A stretch of DNA of 64,000 nucleotides from Octopus sinensis (taxonomy: Eukaryota). The position numbers and the translations under genes were made by a program. This document shows, piece after piece, positions 50,119 to 62,460 of this stretch. Under the pieces are notes generated by a model, which saw only the letters and a list, made by a program, of their open reading frames with translations, was not told where the DNA came from and searched no databases. The DNA lies in assembly GCF_006345805.1 (NCBI RefSeq), contig NC_042998.1, positions 206,956,001 through 207,020,000 on the forward strand. Direction: 5' to 3'. Within the stretch, counting starts at the first letter, position 1. Every line of letters starts with the position of its first letter.

Positions 50119-51002
50119 TCACGAGGACACAGCTTTTTGGGGCGAGATGAAAAGGAAATTAATAAAAAAAAAATGTAGAATTATTCGCTTTTTATTGTGT
50201 ATGCGTGAAGCTTTAAATAAAACAACAATAAAAAATATATATATGCTACGCTTTTGCGTAATGAGTTTTATTTCTCCTCTTCGTGCCACCATACCTAAAA
50301 TATATATATTTAAAAAAAAAAAAAATGTTTAGCCGCTTATGTAATAAAAAAATACAACAGTCGGGCCGATAATCTTTAGTCTCATGACATTAGAGAATAT
50401 ATCAGATGATTTTATATTTCTATTCTCATCTAAAATGTTTTATCAAAATATCAAATTCTTTTCTCACTAATGGCTCATTAACACGCACGCACACACACAC
50501 ACATAAATAGCTTTGAAAGAAGGCGGCAGCAACTGAAGTGAAAATCAAGAATAATGGGGGGGAGGATAAAAAAACTTGGTTTTCTCGAATGACTGAAACG
50601 AATCAAATAAACGCTTAAACTAGGTTATTATTATAGATTAGGTTTTATTTTTATAGATCATTCCTTTCGTTTCTCAACACTATTGGTTTAATAATTTATT
50701 AAGTCAGCATTGTTGAAAAGAAGACTTCTTCCATAGAAAATATAGTTCATTAAAAAAGTTATAATTTTAGCGATTATTTTGCTTAAAAGTTTTTGAAAGA
50801 GAAATTTATGAATGGAAACGTATGTCTATCTTGACAAGAAGTAAATAAATATTTATTACACTCTGTAACGAGCAATAAAAAAATTTCGAAGATATGCAAC
50901 AATTTCTTCGTCCTTTCATTTCATCATGTAAAGAGCCACATCAGTTTTGTAGAGTCCCCATCCTCGTCATTTTAATTGACGCCGCTTTCGTTCAAAGTTA
51001 CC

Positions 51003-51040
<38 letters not shown>

Positions 51041-51189
51041 GAATTATCATTTTTAATTTTGTAACGTTTATTAATTAATAATTCTTTAATTAATTTTTAT
51101 ATCTGTGTGCGTGAGTATTTTATGTAAATCAGAGTTGAAACCCATCTTCGGTTAAAAAGAGACAAGCAATACAACACAGCATTACTTTC

Positions 51190-51220
51190 GGATGACGGTC
51201 GCTTACGACGTCGACCAATC
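51190..51220 (+). promoter_or_regulatory. Putative TBC1D15 core promoter: half-CRE TGACG, GACGTC and CCAAT box
   Basis: GGATGACGGTCGCTTACGACGTCGACCAATC, followed by a C-rich leader and ATG at 51304. Confidence 0.45.
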
Positions 51221-51303
51221 CCCTCCTCCCTCCTCGCAACACTCACCGACCGCATCCACCACCTCCTCCTCCCCCCATCTAATCAGTTGCCTGTTCTAGC
51301 AAT

Positions 51304-51321
51304 ATGGCATCTTCGGATAAG
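51304..51321 (+). CDS. TBC1D15: TBC1D15/17-like RabGAP coding exon 1 (MASSDK)
   Basis: AATATGG start context, AAG|gtaagt consensus donor, phase 0, in frame with the 57297 exon; human TBC1D15 likewise has a short N-terminus ending in K before IIYEQEGVYIH. Confidence 0.7.
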
Positions 51322-54300
51322 GTAAGTCTCTTGTTATCAGTGGTTTTTGTGGCGGGGGCTGTTCTTCCTGACGGGCAAACGTCTCCTTTTGTGCTTTTAA
51401 CCGAACCTTTACTGTATTGGTGTGGTGATGAATGAATGCCTGTCGACTTCGTCAGAACACGTCAGCGTATTGCCAAGTAATTCATTTAATCAAAACAATT
51501 ATTACTAATCAATAAAGCACCTTGCCACTTTGCATTAAGACAACAGTGCACGTCCTGCGTGCAGCCAAGTCCCGCTTGCTTTTTTGCCACGCAACACACG
51601 TGTTGATTTATTTACTTTCAAGGAGACCTTCCTCCCCCTGAAAACAATTAACAACAACACATATATTGTTAATTGTTAAACTATAAATCTGGTTCGATTC
51701 ATCTTTCAAAAGTTTGCTGGCAAATTGAAGGGTTTTCAATGTATGAATCAAGTCCTCATTAAGGCTGGATTTTCCATTTATATATTCCTGGTATGTATGT
51801 GAAAGTATTACTATATTGATCTCTAGATTAATGTTGTATTTGTACAGGATATATTTAAAACACTGTCACACAATTACATTTTTTAATTATATATTTTTTA
51901 TTACTCAACAAAAATGAAATAACGGAAAACTGTCAAATGTTTGGTTAAACTAAAGTGTTTTACGAAGTGAAAAGAGAATGAGGCATCGATTACTCATATT
52001 TTAATTGAATATTTTCTTAATTTGTGTATTATTTGTAATAGAATAACGATTATTTTATCTCTCCAACGCAAGGCCTCTACGATAGCCTAATTATCCATAG
52101 AGTAGATGTGATTCATAACCTGGAGTATAAGCTTTTGTAAGAGGTTTATATACAATATATATGTCTTTAATACAGGTCTTAACAAGAATTTAACTTCGTT
52201 TAGTATTAGAAATCCATCTTAAACCTTTCAACCTAAAATATATGCTTGTTCATTTAATAAATATTAGATAACCTAGTTTTCTGAAGTCCTTTTGAACAAA
52301 TACTTTTTTTTTTTTCTGAGATATAATGAATGATTCAAAGTAGAAGCTGGGAGAAATCTTCCTGTAGCAGGTGTGTGTGAATTATTCGTTATTATTCATG
52401 AAGTTGGCGATTTCAAATAGCGACAACGAACTTCTTTAATTAAGCATTTTAACAAAAATGACAAGATTTTTCTCGTTCCTCCTAACTTCGTAGTTAAGCA
52501 GTCTTCTGTATTTCATATACAATAAACCCTTTGTTTTAAATGTATGTTTGCTATAGCCTAATATATTCTCTCTCAATTCAATAAACCGTTGGCTTTTCTA
52601 CGGTAATAATTGTTCTGCCTTTGTTTTACTCTTTATTACCTGGAAACGTTGGATAAGCGATTGCTGGCCATAGTAATTACAGGAACTCTATTATTATTTC
52701 AAACGTACAACTAATCTACTAGTCTGGTTAATTATTCCTATAATTGTCTACCACTGACCATAACCTCTTTCTACGCGGTTGCTGGACCTGTGTGTTAGAA
52801 AAAGTGGCCATATCTCCCAAAAGTTACTCTTCTCAAAGGACAAAGTGGTCCTTAATGTTCACTATTTACAAAAAGGGCTGACTGGGGTTGAATCTTTATT
52901 CTCTTTGGGACTGTTTACTTTTATTTTTCATTCTGACATTCGCTTCCTTAACAAGACAGGAAGTAGATGCTTCACTACTTTTGGAGTCATCTTCGAAACA
53001 TTGACATTTACTACGACATAAGAAAACAAATTCTTCAACACAACACTTCGAAAATGTAAAAGTTAAATCATGGGAAATATTTTCGAATCCTTTTTTTCTT
53101 TTTCATTTCTGTTAAATAAAAGGAAATTTGCTATTATCTTTCAATTTTATATTTCCTTTCACCTGAGATGAATCTATCAGAGGCTATCGATGGTCGTCAA
53201 CCCGAACAACCACAAGAAACGAACCTGGTGGGTAACAGTTCTGAGACTGAAGAAATAGGAAAGTGGTTTGGGCGGGGCCCTGCAGGTCGGGCGTAAAACG
53301 GGCAATGAGGGCCTCGGGTGATATTTTGCCCTGTTGTATTGTGATACAAGAGACACTGTACCAGTAACCGTTTTGGTAGTTTATTTCTAATCTGAATGAA
53401 TTAGTTACACAAAATTAAGGTCTCTACACCGAGTATTAATGTTTAGAATTCTGGTGCTGGTTCCGATTTAATTTTAAGAAACTTTTGCAACTCTTAGCAA
53501 AGGGATCGGTTTGAATATTTAACACGCAGATACTCATTAAATATATAAATATTGTAATAATGTATTTGTACATGATATATCTAAAACATTTTCAGCTTTT
53601 AATAAACGGCTATATTCTTGGGAAATTTTTATTATCCAGCAAAAAATTGCGTAACAACGGTTAAAATTATCGATTACTCATCATTTTCATATTCGTTTCA
53701 TATTCATTTTCATACCCGGATGTTTGTGTTTTTTTTGTAATATAATGGTTTTTCCGTTTGCTCTCTCTGACACGAGGCCACTACCTGATTCATCACCTGT
53801 ATACCTATATATGATTAAACAAGCCCTAGCGTTGTGTAGGTACCTCTGCCACTACGAAGACATTTCTTTGAATGGCGAATTGGAATATAATATTCTTGTC
53901 TGTCTGTTCTCGAAATTAAAGTCAAATTTTTGAGTAATGATTCCTAAATATGGTTAGTCTTATTTCTTAGACGTGTGTGTGTGTATTTGTGTCATACAGT
54001 ATGTAAGCCATAACAGTCGTTGGTGACTACTAAACCATCACTCCAGCCGATTAACCTTGTAAAGAAAGTTATTGAGATATCTGAAGGATTCAAATAACAC
54101 CTGTCAAAGACAGGTGTTATTTTCTGACCGTGGGATTAATGATTATTTTAATGTTTTTTTATGCGCCCTTTTCCCGGTTTCTGTGGCGTATGCGTTCCCC
54201 CAAGCTGGACGAGACGCCAGTCCATCGCAGCTTTACAGGAAGAGAGAGTGAGAGAAAGTTGTGGAGAAAGAGTACAACAGGGGTCGCCACTACACCCTGC

Positions 54301-54604
54301 CGGAGCCTCGGAGAGCTTTTGGGTGTTTTCGCTCAAACACACACAACGGTCTGGGAATCGAAACCGCGAGTCCGCTTCCCTAACCAATGGGCCATTGCGC
54401 CTCCACTGGATTAGTGATTAGTTAGCATTATTAGTTTTCGCCCTGGTGGCAAATTCAAGAAATCATTATTAGTATGCGGACTTGAAAATTCCTTATTGCT
54501 GTAGGAGTAAGGCACAAAGTACACCATTTTCCTGTTGTTAGTTTCTCCAAAAAAATGTGGCTGGTTCTACACTTCCTTGCTATAATTAAGTTTTCTGAGT
54601 AAAT

Positions 54605-54922
54605 CAGGGGTTCCCAACCAGGGTCTACATGGACCGACAGGGATCCACAGAAGCTTTAAGGGGGTCCACGAATAAAAAATTGTAATTTGTGGGTCCATAT
54701 ATAAATTTTGTTTCCTAGGAGAGGCACCTGTATTTATTGAAATTTTCAAGATTTGTATTTGGGATTTATGTTATGAATATAACGAAATTGTCTCATTGTT
54801 AGTTTTTACTAAACTACAAACAAATATTTTATTTCAAAAATTTACATGTGCATATATGGGGTCCACAGATGATAAGATAGCTCTCATGGGACCCACAGGC
54901 AAGATAAGGTTGGGAACCCCTG
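54605..54922. mobile_element. hAT-type MITE (318 bp)
   Basis: Perfect TIRs CAGGGGTTCCCAACC / GGTTGGGAACCCCTG; 8-bp TSD gagtaaat/gtgtaaat (7 of 8). Confidence 0.85.
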
Positions 54923-56100
54923 GTGTAAATAGTCAATATAGTTCTATGAGAAGTAAAATATTTTCTACTGAAGTTGCCTCCCTCTCGACTGTGGCCCCGC
55001 ACATTTGAAGGGGATCTTAGTCTTGCAAACTGTATGGTGACCCCCACTTGTGCTGCTACCATGTAAAAAGCGCCCAGCACATGTCATAAAGTGGTTGGCT
55101 TTAAGGACATCCAGTCATAGAAACTGTCACAGCAGACATGTGCTGGTGGCACATAAAAAGCACCAACTGATCGTGGCTGTTGCCAGCCTCTGCTGGCACC
55201 TGTGTTGGTGGCACGTAAAAAGCACCCACTACACTCACAGTGTGGTTGGCGTTAGGAAGGGCATCCAGCTGTAGAAACACTGCCTGATCAGATTGAAGCC
55301 TGGTGCAGCCATCTGGTTCGCCAGCCCTCAGTCAAATCGTCCAACCCATGCTAGCATGGAAAGCGGACGTTAAACGATGATGATGATGTGTGTGTACTAA
55401 CATATGAAAATGATAGGAAAAGACCAGCCGTTGGGTGAGATGCTGTGCTTGTTGAGACCTGTTGAACCGAGTGAAATCGTAGTTGTGGTTGATGCTATTG
55501 TCGCCTGACTCTCACCTGTGCCAGTGGCACGTAAAAAGCACCATTCAAGTGTTGGGCCTCATGAAGACAGTGACTGGTGACCAAGACCCTTGGCAATATC
55601 CCATGCTTATGTTGACCTGCCAGGCCACGTGAGACCGTAGTAGTGGCTGATGCTGGTGTCAGGTCAATGGCACCCGTGCCAGTGACATGTAAAAAGCACC
55701 CACTACACTATGAGTGGTTGGCGTTAGGAAAGGCATCCAGCTGTAGAAACGATGCCAGATCAGATTGGAGTCTGGTGCAGCCCCTGGCTTATCAGTTTTC
55801 ATTGAAACCATCCAACCCATGCCAGCATGATGATAATGATGATGGGCCAAATGTTACGCACCAGACATTTGACATTTTATTTATATTATACTCTTTACTC
55901 TTTTACTTGTTTCAGTCATTTGACTGCGGCCATGCTGGAGCACCGCCTTTAATCAAGCAACTCGGATCCGGGACTTATTCTTTTTGTAAGCCCAGTACTT
56001 ATTCTATCGGTCTCTTTTGCCGAACTGCTAAGTGACGGGGACGCAAACACACCAGCATTGGTTGTCAAGCAATGCTAGGGGGACAAACACAGGCACACAA

Positions 56101-56141
<41 letters not shown>

Positions 56142-56419
56142 TATGACAGGCTTCTTTCAGTTTCCGTCTACCAAATCCACTCACAAGGCATTGGTCGGCC
56201 CGGGGCTATAGCAGAAGACATTTGCCCAAGATGCCATGCAGTGGGACTGAACCCGGAACCATGTGGTTGGTTAGCAAGCTACTTACCACACAGCCACTCC
56301 TGCGCCCATTCAGTTCAAATATTGTTCAAATATCTGTACATCTCCCATTGATTTCGCTGGATGTATATATAAGAAATGAGGTCCATTTGTTTATTCAGGA
56401 TCATCATTACTAACTACAG

Positions 56420-56720
56420 TAAAATGGAGAAGTTCTTAACCAGATCGAGCGGAAACTGTCGCTAGAAGCTAGGATCACCAAGCATAGATTGACATATTTT
56501 GGTCATATATGCGGAGAAAATCCCTGGAGAAGGACATCATGCTCGGAATGGTCAGTGGCAAGAGACGAAGAGGCCGACCAAAAACCCGCTGGCATGACAC
56601 GAGAATGGCCATAGCCAATCTGAAAGAAGCGACTTGGGATAGAACTGGCTGGAGGACACTGTTCCATCGAGTAACCGAGAGTCGACTTCAACTGAGCAGA
56701 TAGATAGATAGATAGATAGA
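56420..56720 (+). mobile_element. RTE-type LINE 3' fragment with (GATA)n tail
   Basis: ..LEARITKHRLTYFGHI / RRKSLEKDIMLGMVSGKRRRGRPKTRWHD..WDRTGWR... Confidence 0.8.
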
Positions 56721-57296
56721 TAAAGTTATTGCCATCAAAAGCTTTTATTTCATATTTTATTAAATGAACATTCATAGAATTTCTCTCTCTCTCTCTCTCT
56801 CTAAACATTGTACTTCCTCCACAGCAAGACACCTGTTTCTGTCACTCTGTCTCTCTATAATCTTTCATCATTTGACACGAGCACCTCCTTCAATGCCTCC
56901 TCCTCTCTCAAAAGAGTTTTCATTTTTGTCTTGCAAGGTACTTGATGACCCTGTCAGTGCAGGGGCCACTTATAAAGCACCCAGTCCACTCTGCTGAGTG
57001 GTTGGTGTTAGGAAGGGCATCCAGCTGTAAAAACCTTGCCAAAACTGACCTCACCTGTGCTTGTGCCATGTAAAAAGCATTAAGTCCCCTCTGCTGAGTG
57101 GTTGGTGTTTGGAAGGGCTTCCAGCTGTAAGAATCCTGCCAAAACAGTCACAGAAGTCTGGTGCAGGCTTCTGCCTGGCTGACTCTTGTCAAACCGTCCC
57201 ACCCATGCCAGCATGGAAGGAAGATGTTAAATGATGATGATAATGATGATGGTGATATTGATTTCATTTAAAATCTCTTCCGTTTTTCATTTGTAG

Positions 57297-57395
57297 ATTT
57301 TATGTGAGCTACACAATGTTTATATCCACATCACTCTGTTGGAATCTAATGAAAATGATGCACACATCCCAGGAAAGTTTTACTTTGTTCAAAAG
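57297..57395 (+). CDS. TBC1D15: TBC1D15/17-like RabGAP coding exon 2 (ILCELHNVYIHITLLESNENDAHIPGKFYFVQK)
   Basis: ttttcatttgtag| acceptor, AAG|gtaaga donor, 99 nt, phase 0/0; aligns without gaps (11 of 33 identities, including VYIH, IxG and the terminal K) to human TBC1D15 IIYEQEGVYIHSSCGKTNDQDGLISGILRVLEK as recalled. Confidence 0.75.
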
Positions 57396-57589
57396 GTAAG
57401 AGTATTTTCTTCATTTTCTGCAACTGCAATAGTTTGTGCATGTGGCAGATGACCAATCTGATGTTGGTCAAATGCTGTCCCCTGTTGTTAGAATAGAGGA
57501 ACCTTTTCTGTTGCTGTTGCAACTGTTTTCTATTTTTTCCAATTCTGTTCCAGTCATTACCAAATTTAATTTACCAAAAATCAAAATCG

Positions 57590-58112
57590 ATCAACATGAA
57601 TGAAAATTGTCGCTGTGATATCAGTGCTGATGGCACATAAGAGAACCATCCGAACGTGGCCGTTGCCAGTGCCGCCCTGACTGGCTTCCATGCTGGTGGC
57701 ACGTAAAAAGCACCATCCGATCGTGGGCATTGCCAGCCTCGCCTGGCCTCTGTGCCGGTGGCACGTAAAAAGCACCATCCGATTGTGGGCATTGCCAGCC
57801 TCGCCTGGCCTCCGTGCCGGTGGCACGTAAAAAGCACCATCCGATCGTGGGCATTGCCAGCCTCGCCTGGCCTCCGTGCCGGTGGCACGTAAAAAGCACC
57901 ATCCGACCGTGGCCGTTTGCCAGACTTGTCTGGCACCTTTAAAATGCACCCACTACACTCATGGAGTGGTTGGCATTATGAAGGGCATCCAGCCGTAGAA
58001 ACATTGCCAGATCAGACTGGGCCTGGTGCAGCCTTCTGGCTTCCCAGACCCCAGTTGCACCGTCCAACCCATGCCAGCATGGAAAGCGGATGCTAAACGA
58101 TGATGATGATGA
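57590..58112 (+). mobile_element. Family B element with internal ~60-bp tandem repeat
   Basis: Near-identical units GTGCCGGTGGCACGTAAAAAGCACCATCCGAT.GTGGGCATTGCCAGCCTCGCCTGGCCTC at about 57700-57905. Confidence 0.85.
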
Positions 58113-58117
58113 ATTTA

Positions 58118-58736
58118 TTGGGTTGGCAACTAAATTCCATACTCTACTCTTTTACTTGGCCACAGTCATTTGACCGCCTTTAGTCGAACAAATTGATCCC
58201 AGAACTTATTCTTTGTAAGCCTAGTACTTATTCTATCGGTCTCTTTTGCCAAACCATTAAGTTACGAGGACGTAAACACACCAGCATCGGTTGTCAAGCG
58301 ATGTTGGGGGGACAAACACAGATACACAAACATACACACATATACGACGGGCTTCTTTCAGTTTCTGTCTACCAAATACACTCACAAGGATTTGGTCGGC
58401 CCAAGGCTATAGTAGAAAACACTTGCCAAGGTGCCACGCAGTGGGACTGAACCCAGAACCATGTGGTTGGTAAGCAAGCTACCTACCACACAGCCACTCC
58501 TGCTGCTTTTTTTTTTTTTAATTAAAATAATAACTAATTAATAATAATGTATTAACCCCAAAGTTCAACAAGATTTTCAATACCTCGGTAGAAATCATGC
58601 GATTTCAACTCGAAAAATTGATCCAACCAAGCTCTCAATTCTGCATCAGTATTGAATGAAACTCTGCGCCTAGAATTCTTGACAAAAATAAATTCCAAAA
58701 TTTAAAAAAACAGTGGGTACTTAGTTGCCAACCCAA
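58118..58736 (-). mobile_element. Internally deleted mariner element with nested family A SINE (58141-58502)
   Basis: TA|TTGGGTTGGCAACTAA .. TTAGTTGCCAACCCAA|TA perfect 16-bp TIRs; residual minus-strand frame VSFNTDAELRAWLDQFFELKSHDFYRGIENLVE (mariner C-terminus). Confidence 0.88.
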
Positions 58737-59666
58737 TAGTTTTTGTAAGCTAGTTATGAAAATTATTTATGCGATAATTTGAAAATAAAAAGTTAATAGC
58801 TTTTAAAATTTGCAAATTTTGGATGATTTTAGCCATCCAAAAACCACAGACACTTTGGTGTTGTATTTTCTTTCATGAGGAGTCAAACTCTAACCCTAAT
58901 ATACCATTTTCTTTTTGTAATTTTTTGCAAAAAAATCTGACGTCCTTTTTTTCCTTTTTAAAATATTTACTTCATTTTATACATTAAAATTTCTTACAAC
59001 TTTTGTTGTAATGTTTTGCTTTCATTTTGTTTCAATTTTGTTGTAACATTTTTACCATTTTGTGATTGACAGTTATCACGCAGAAAATTCCACCTTTCAG
59101 ATCCTGTTTTCTGATTGGGTAAAAATGATAAAACTTTAAACCTAAAATTTTCCCAAAATAAATGATTCACAAAATTGGATTGTATGTGAAAAATTACATC
59201 AATGGACCAAATTTGAAAATTTTCACTTAATTTTAAAATTTCAAAATGTGTGACATGCCGTGCTTGAGGAGACCTATTGAGTCGAGTAAATCAAATCAAA
59301 ACAAACGGAAATTGTAGTTGTCGCTGGTGGCACGCAATAAACACCATTCATGTGTGGGTTGCTGCCAGAGTTGCTTGACTGGCTCCCTGTGCCGGTGGCA
59401 CATAAAAAGCACCATCCAAATGTGGCTGATGCCAGTGCCACCTGACTGGCTCCTGTGCCGGTGGTACGTAAAAAGCACCCACTACACTCTTAGAGTGGTT
59501 GGCATTAGGAAGGTCATCCAGCTGTAGAAACATTGCCAGATCAGATTGGAGCCTTGTGCAGCCGCCTGGCTTGCCAGTCCCCAGTCAAACTGTCCAACCC
59601 ATGCCAGCATGGAAAACGGTAAATGATGATGTGATAGCAACAGAAAAGATCTGGATATAGTAATAC

Positions 59667-59740
59667 AGAGAATTTTGTCAAAGATTTAGGCCAGACCCAT
59701 GTGCGTATGGGGCAAACCTAAATCTTTGACAGGATTTTTT
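59667..59740 (+). other. Isolated long hairpin (pre-miRNA-like or tiny MITE)
   Basis: TGTCAAAGATTTAGG / CCTAAATCTTTGACA perfect 15 bp, plus inner CCCAT/ATGGG and outer G-U/A-U extension. Confidence 0.55.
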
Positions 59741-60990
59741 TCTATTGAATTTGTTGAGACAAGTATTCTAAGGTTGGATGCCATTCCTGTCACCAACCTT
59801 CACATTTCCAAGCAAAGCAATATTCTCCAATAGCCAGACATAAGGAAAACTGGAAATGCTTAGATTTTTGGTGATTTGATATGCTTGAGTAAAATCATAG
59901 TTGTGACCACTGCTAGTGATATGTAGAGGGCGCCTGTGCTGGTGGTTCGCAGAGGGCACCCATGCTGGCAACACATGAAAGACACCTGGTATTGGCTTAC
60001 CTGTTACAGTCAAACTGTTTAACCCATGCAAGCACAGGATATGGATGCTAAATGATGATGATGGCTTGGGGCTGTAGAAGACCTTTATTCCATGGTGCTG
60101 CAGTATAGGATTGAACCTAGGACCACAGGATCAAGAGCAGGCTTTTTTAACCGTGCAGCCGTACCTATCATCAACATATGATATCTGTTTTTCATGCTGG
60201 CATGGATTGGACAGTTCGACAGGATCTGGTACGGCTGGGGGCCACACCAGGCTCCATTTTCTTTCATCATCATCATCGTTTAACATCTGTTTTCCATGCT
60301 GGCATGGGTTGGATGGTTTGACTGGGAACTGAGAAGCCAGGAGGCAGCACCAGTCTCCAATCTGATCTGGGAGTGTTTCTACAGCTGGATGTCCTTCCTA
60401 ACGCCAACCACTCTGAGAGTGTAGTGGGTGCTTTTTACGTGCCACTGGCATGGGAGCCAGTCAGGTGGCACTGCATGGCACCTTCGGCAAGTGTTGTCTT
60501 CTTTAGCCTCTGGCCAACCAAAGTCTGGCGAGTAGATTTGTTAGACGGAAACTGAAGGAAGCCGGTTGTATATATCTCTGTGTGTGTGTGTGTGTGTGTG
60601 TCCGCTTGACAACTGGTGTTGGTATGTCTGTCCCTGATAACATAGCGATTCAGCAAAAGAAACTGGTAGAATAAGTGCCAGGCTCTAAAAAAAAAAAAAA
60701 TATATACGGGGGTGGTGTGTGTGTGTGATTCTTTCTACTAAATTCTTCATCGGTGCCCCAGCATGGCCAGAGTCTAATGACTGCAACAAGTAAAAGATAA
60801 AACAATTGCTGGATAAACTTCAAAAACTTTCCCAAGCATCATTATTTACTTTACTTCCTCTCTCACCTGTGATTTTTGTGCTCACCTGATTAATCTTGGC
60901 TCAGCTTTTCTTAATTGATTGCTTATTGGCAAGCCTGTTATCATAACCAAAGTTTTGAAGTTATTGTTTATAGAACCACTTTATAGATTA

Positions 60991-61385
60991 CTATCAGTAT
61001 CGCCCGGCGTTGCTCGGGTTTGTTTCGATCCTTTAGAATTGGAATTTTTGAAAAGTAAAAAGTTTGCATTATGTAGCTTGTTATTCTCTTTAAGTGAACA
61101 TTTTTCTGCTTAAAATACACCAAAAAATGGCGACACAGCAGTCAAAACATCGTTAAAAAAAAGGGATTTTCATAGAAAAAAAAAGCACCTTTTTCATGTA
61201 AATAATTTTTGGTGTTAACATGGTCCGATTTGAATTTTATCTTCTACGGAATGAAGAGCAAGCCTTCTTCTATCATACTCTCAATTTTGGTCAACTTGCA
61301 CCACAGGGTCTCGGAGGAGATAGTGTTAGTTGAAGGCTACCAAACCTGCCACACACAGACAACTTCAGCTTTATATATAGAGAGA
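60991..61385 (-). mobile_element. Non-autonomous Helitron (second subfamily)
   Basis: Same sequence as 30831-31224; hairpin CCCGAGCAACGCCGGG; degenerate ATAG|T end. Confidence 0.65.
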
Positions 61386-62074
61386 GGTTGATAGAATGCA
61401 TGAGTGCAGTGAGATTACAGGACTGCTAGACATATGATTTGAAACCCTACTGCTAACACTAGTCTGTCCTGAAATACCTAACTCTGACGGACTCAGTCTG
61501 CCTAATTAACAACGGGACCCCTCTCCAGCTGAGTCTGTTGCAGTAGGAAGGGATTTTAGCTGGAGAAACAATGATCATCCTCATCATCATTGATCCTGTG
61601 CTGGCACCATGTAAAAGGCACCCATGTCAGCACCAGTGGTGGCACCATGTAGAATAGCACCTGTGTCCATGCCACGTGAGACAACATCCACATCGGTGCC
61701 GCATGAGATAGCACCCATGATAGTGCCACGCAGGAAAACACCTGTGCTGGCATCACATAAAAGAGCCCCTATGCTGGTGTCACCTTCAAAGCAGTGGTGA
61801 TTGTGTCACATAAAAAGCATCGGTGCTGTTGCCATGTAAAAAGGTACCCTGTACACTCTGTATAGATGTTGGCATTTAAGACATGCAGCCATAGAAACCT
61901 GCCAAAGCAGACAATTGGAACCTGGTGTGGGCCCTGGCCTAACTAGCTCCTGTCAAACCATCCAACCTATGCCAACAAGGAAAACCAACTTTAAATGATG
62001 ATGATGATGATAGCATGTTATCCAAATCAGAAATTGATTAAAACATCCACATTAGGTGCAGGAGTGGCTGTGTG

Positions 62075-62225
62075 GTAAGTAGCTTGCTAACCAACCACAT
62101 GGTTCCGGGTTCAGTCTCACTGCGTGGCGTCTTGGGCAAATGTCTTCTGCTATAGCCCCGGGCCGACCAATGCCTTGTGAGTGGATTTGGTAGACGGAAA
62201 CTGAAAGAAGCCTGTCATATATATG

Positions 62226-62260
<35 letters not shown>

Positions 62261-62460
62261 TTTTCTGTGTTTGTCCCCCTAGCATTGCTTGACAACCAAT
62301 TCTGGTGTGTTTACGTCCCCCGTCACTTAGCGGTTTGGCAGAAGAGACCGATAGAATAAGTACTAGGCTTACAAAGAATAAGTCCCAGGGTCGATTTGCT
62401 CGACTAAAGGCGGTGCTCCAGCATGGCCGCAGTCAAATAACTGAAACAAGTAAGAGAGTA
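62075..62460 (+). mobile_element. Family A SINE, full length
   Basis: Consensus match from head to tail. Confidence 0.85.

Noticed and set aside
61595-61850. CRISPR-like array of ~27-30-bp repeats (..GCCAC/ATGTAAAA.GCAC..)
   Set aside because: Eukaryotic context, no unique spacers of constant length and no cas genes; the units are degenerate family B modules.
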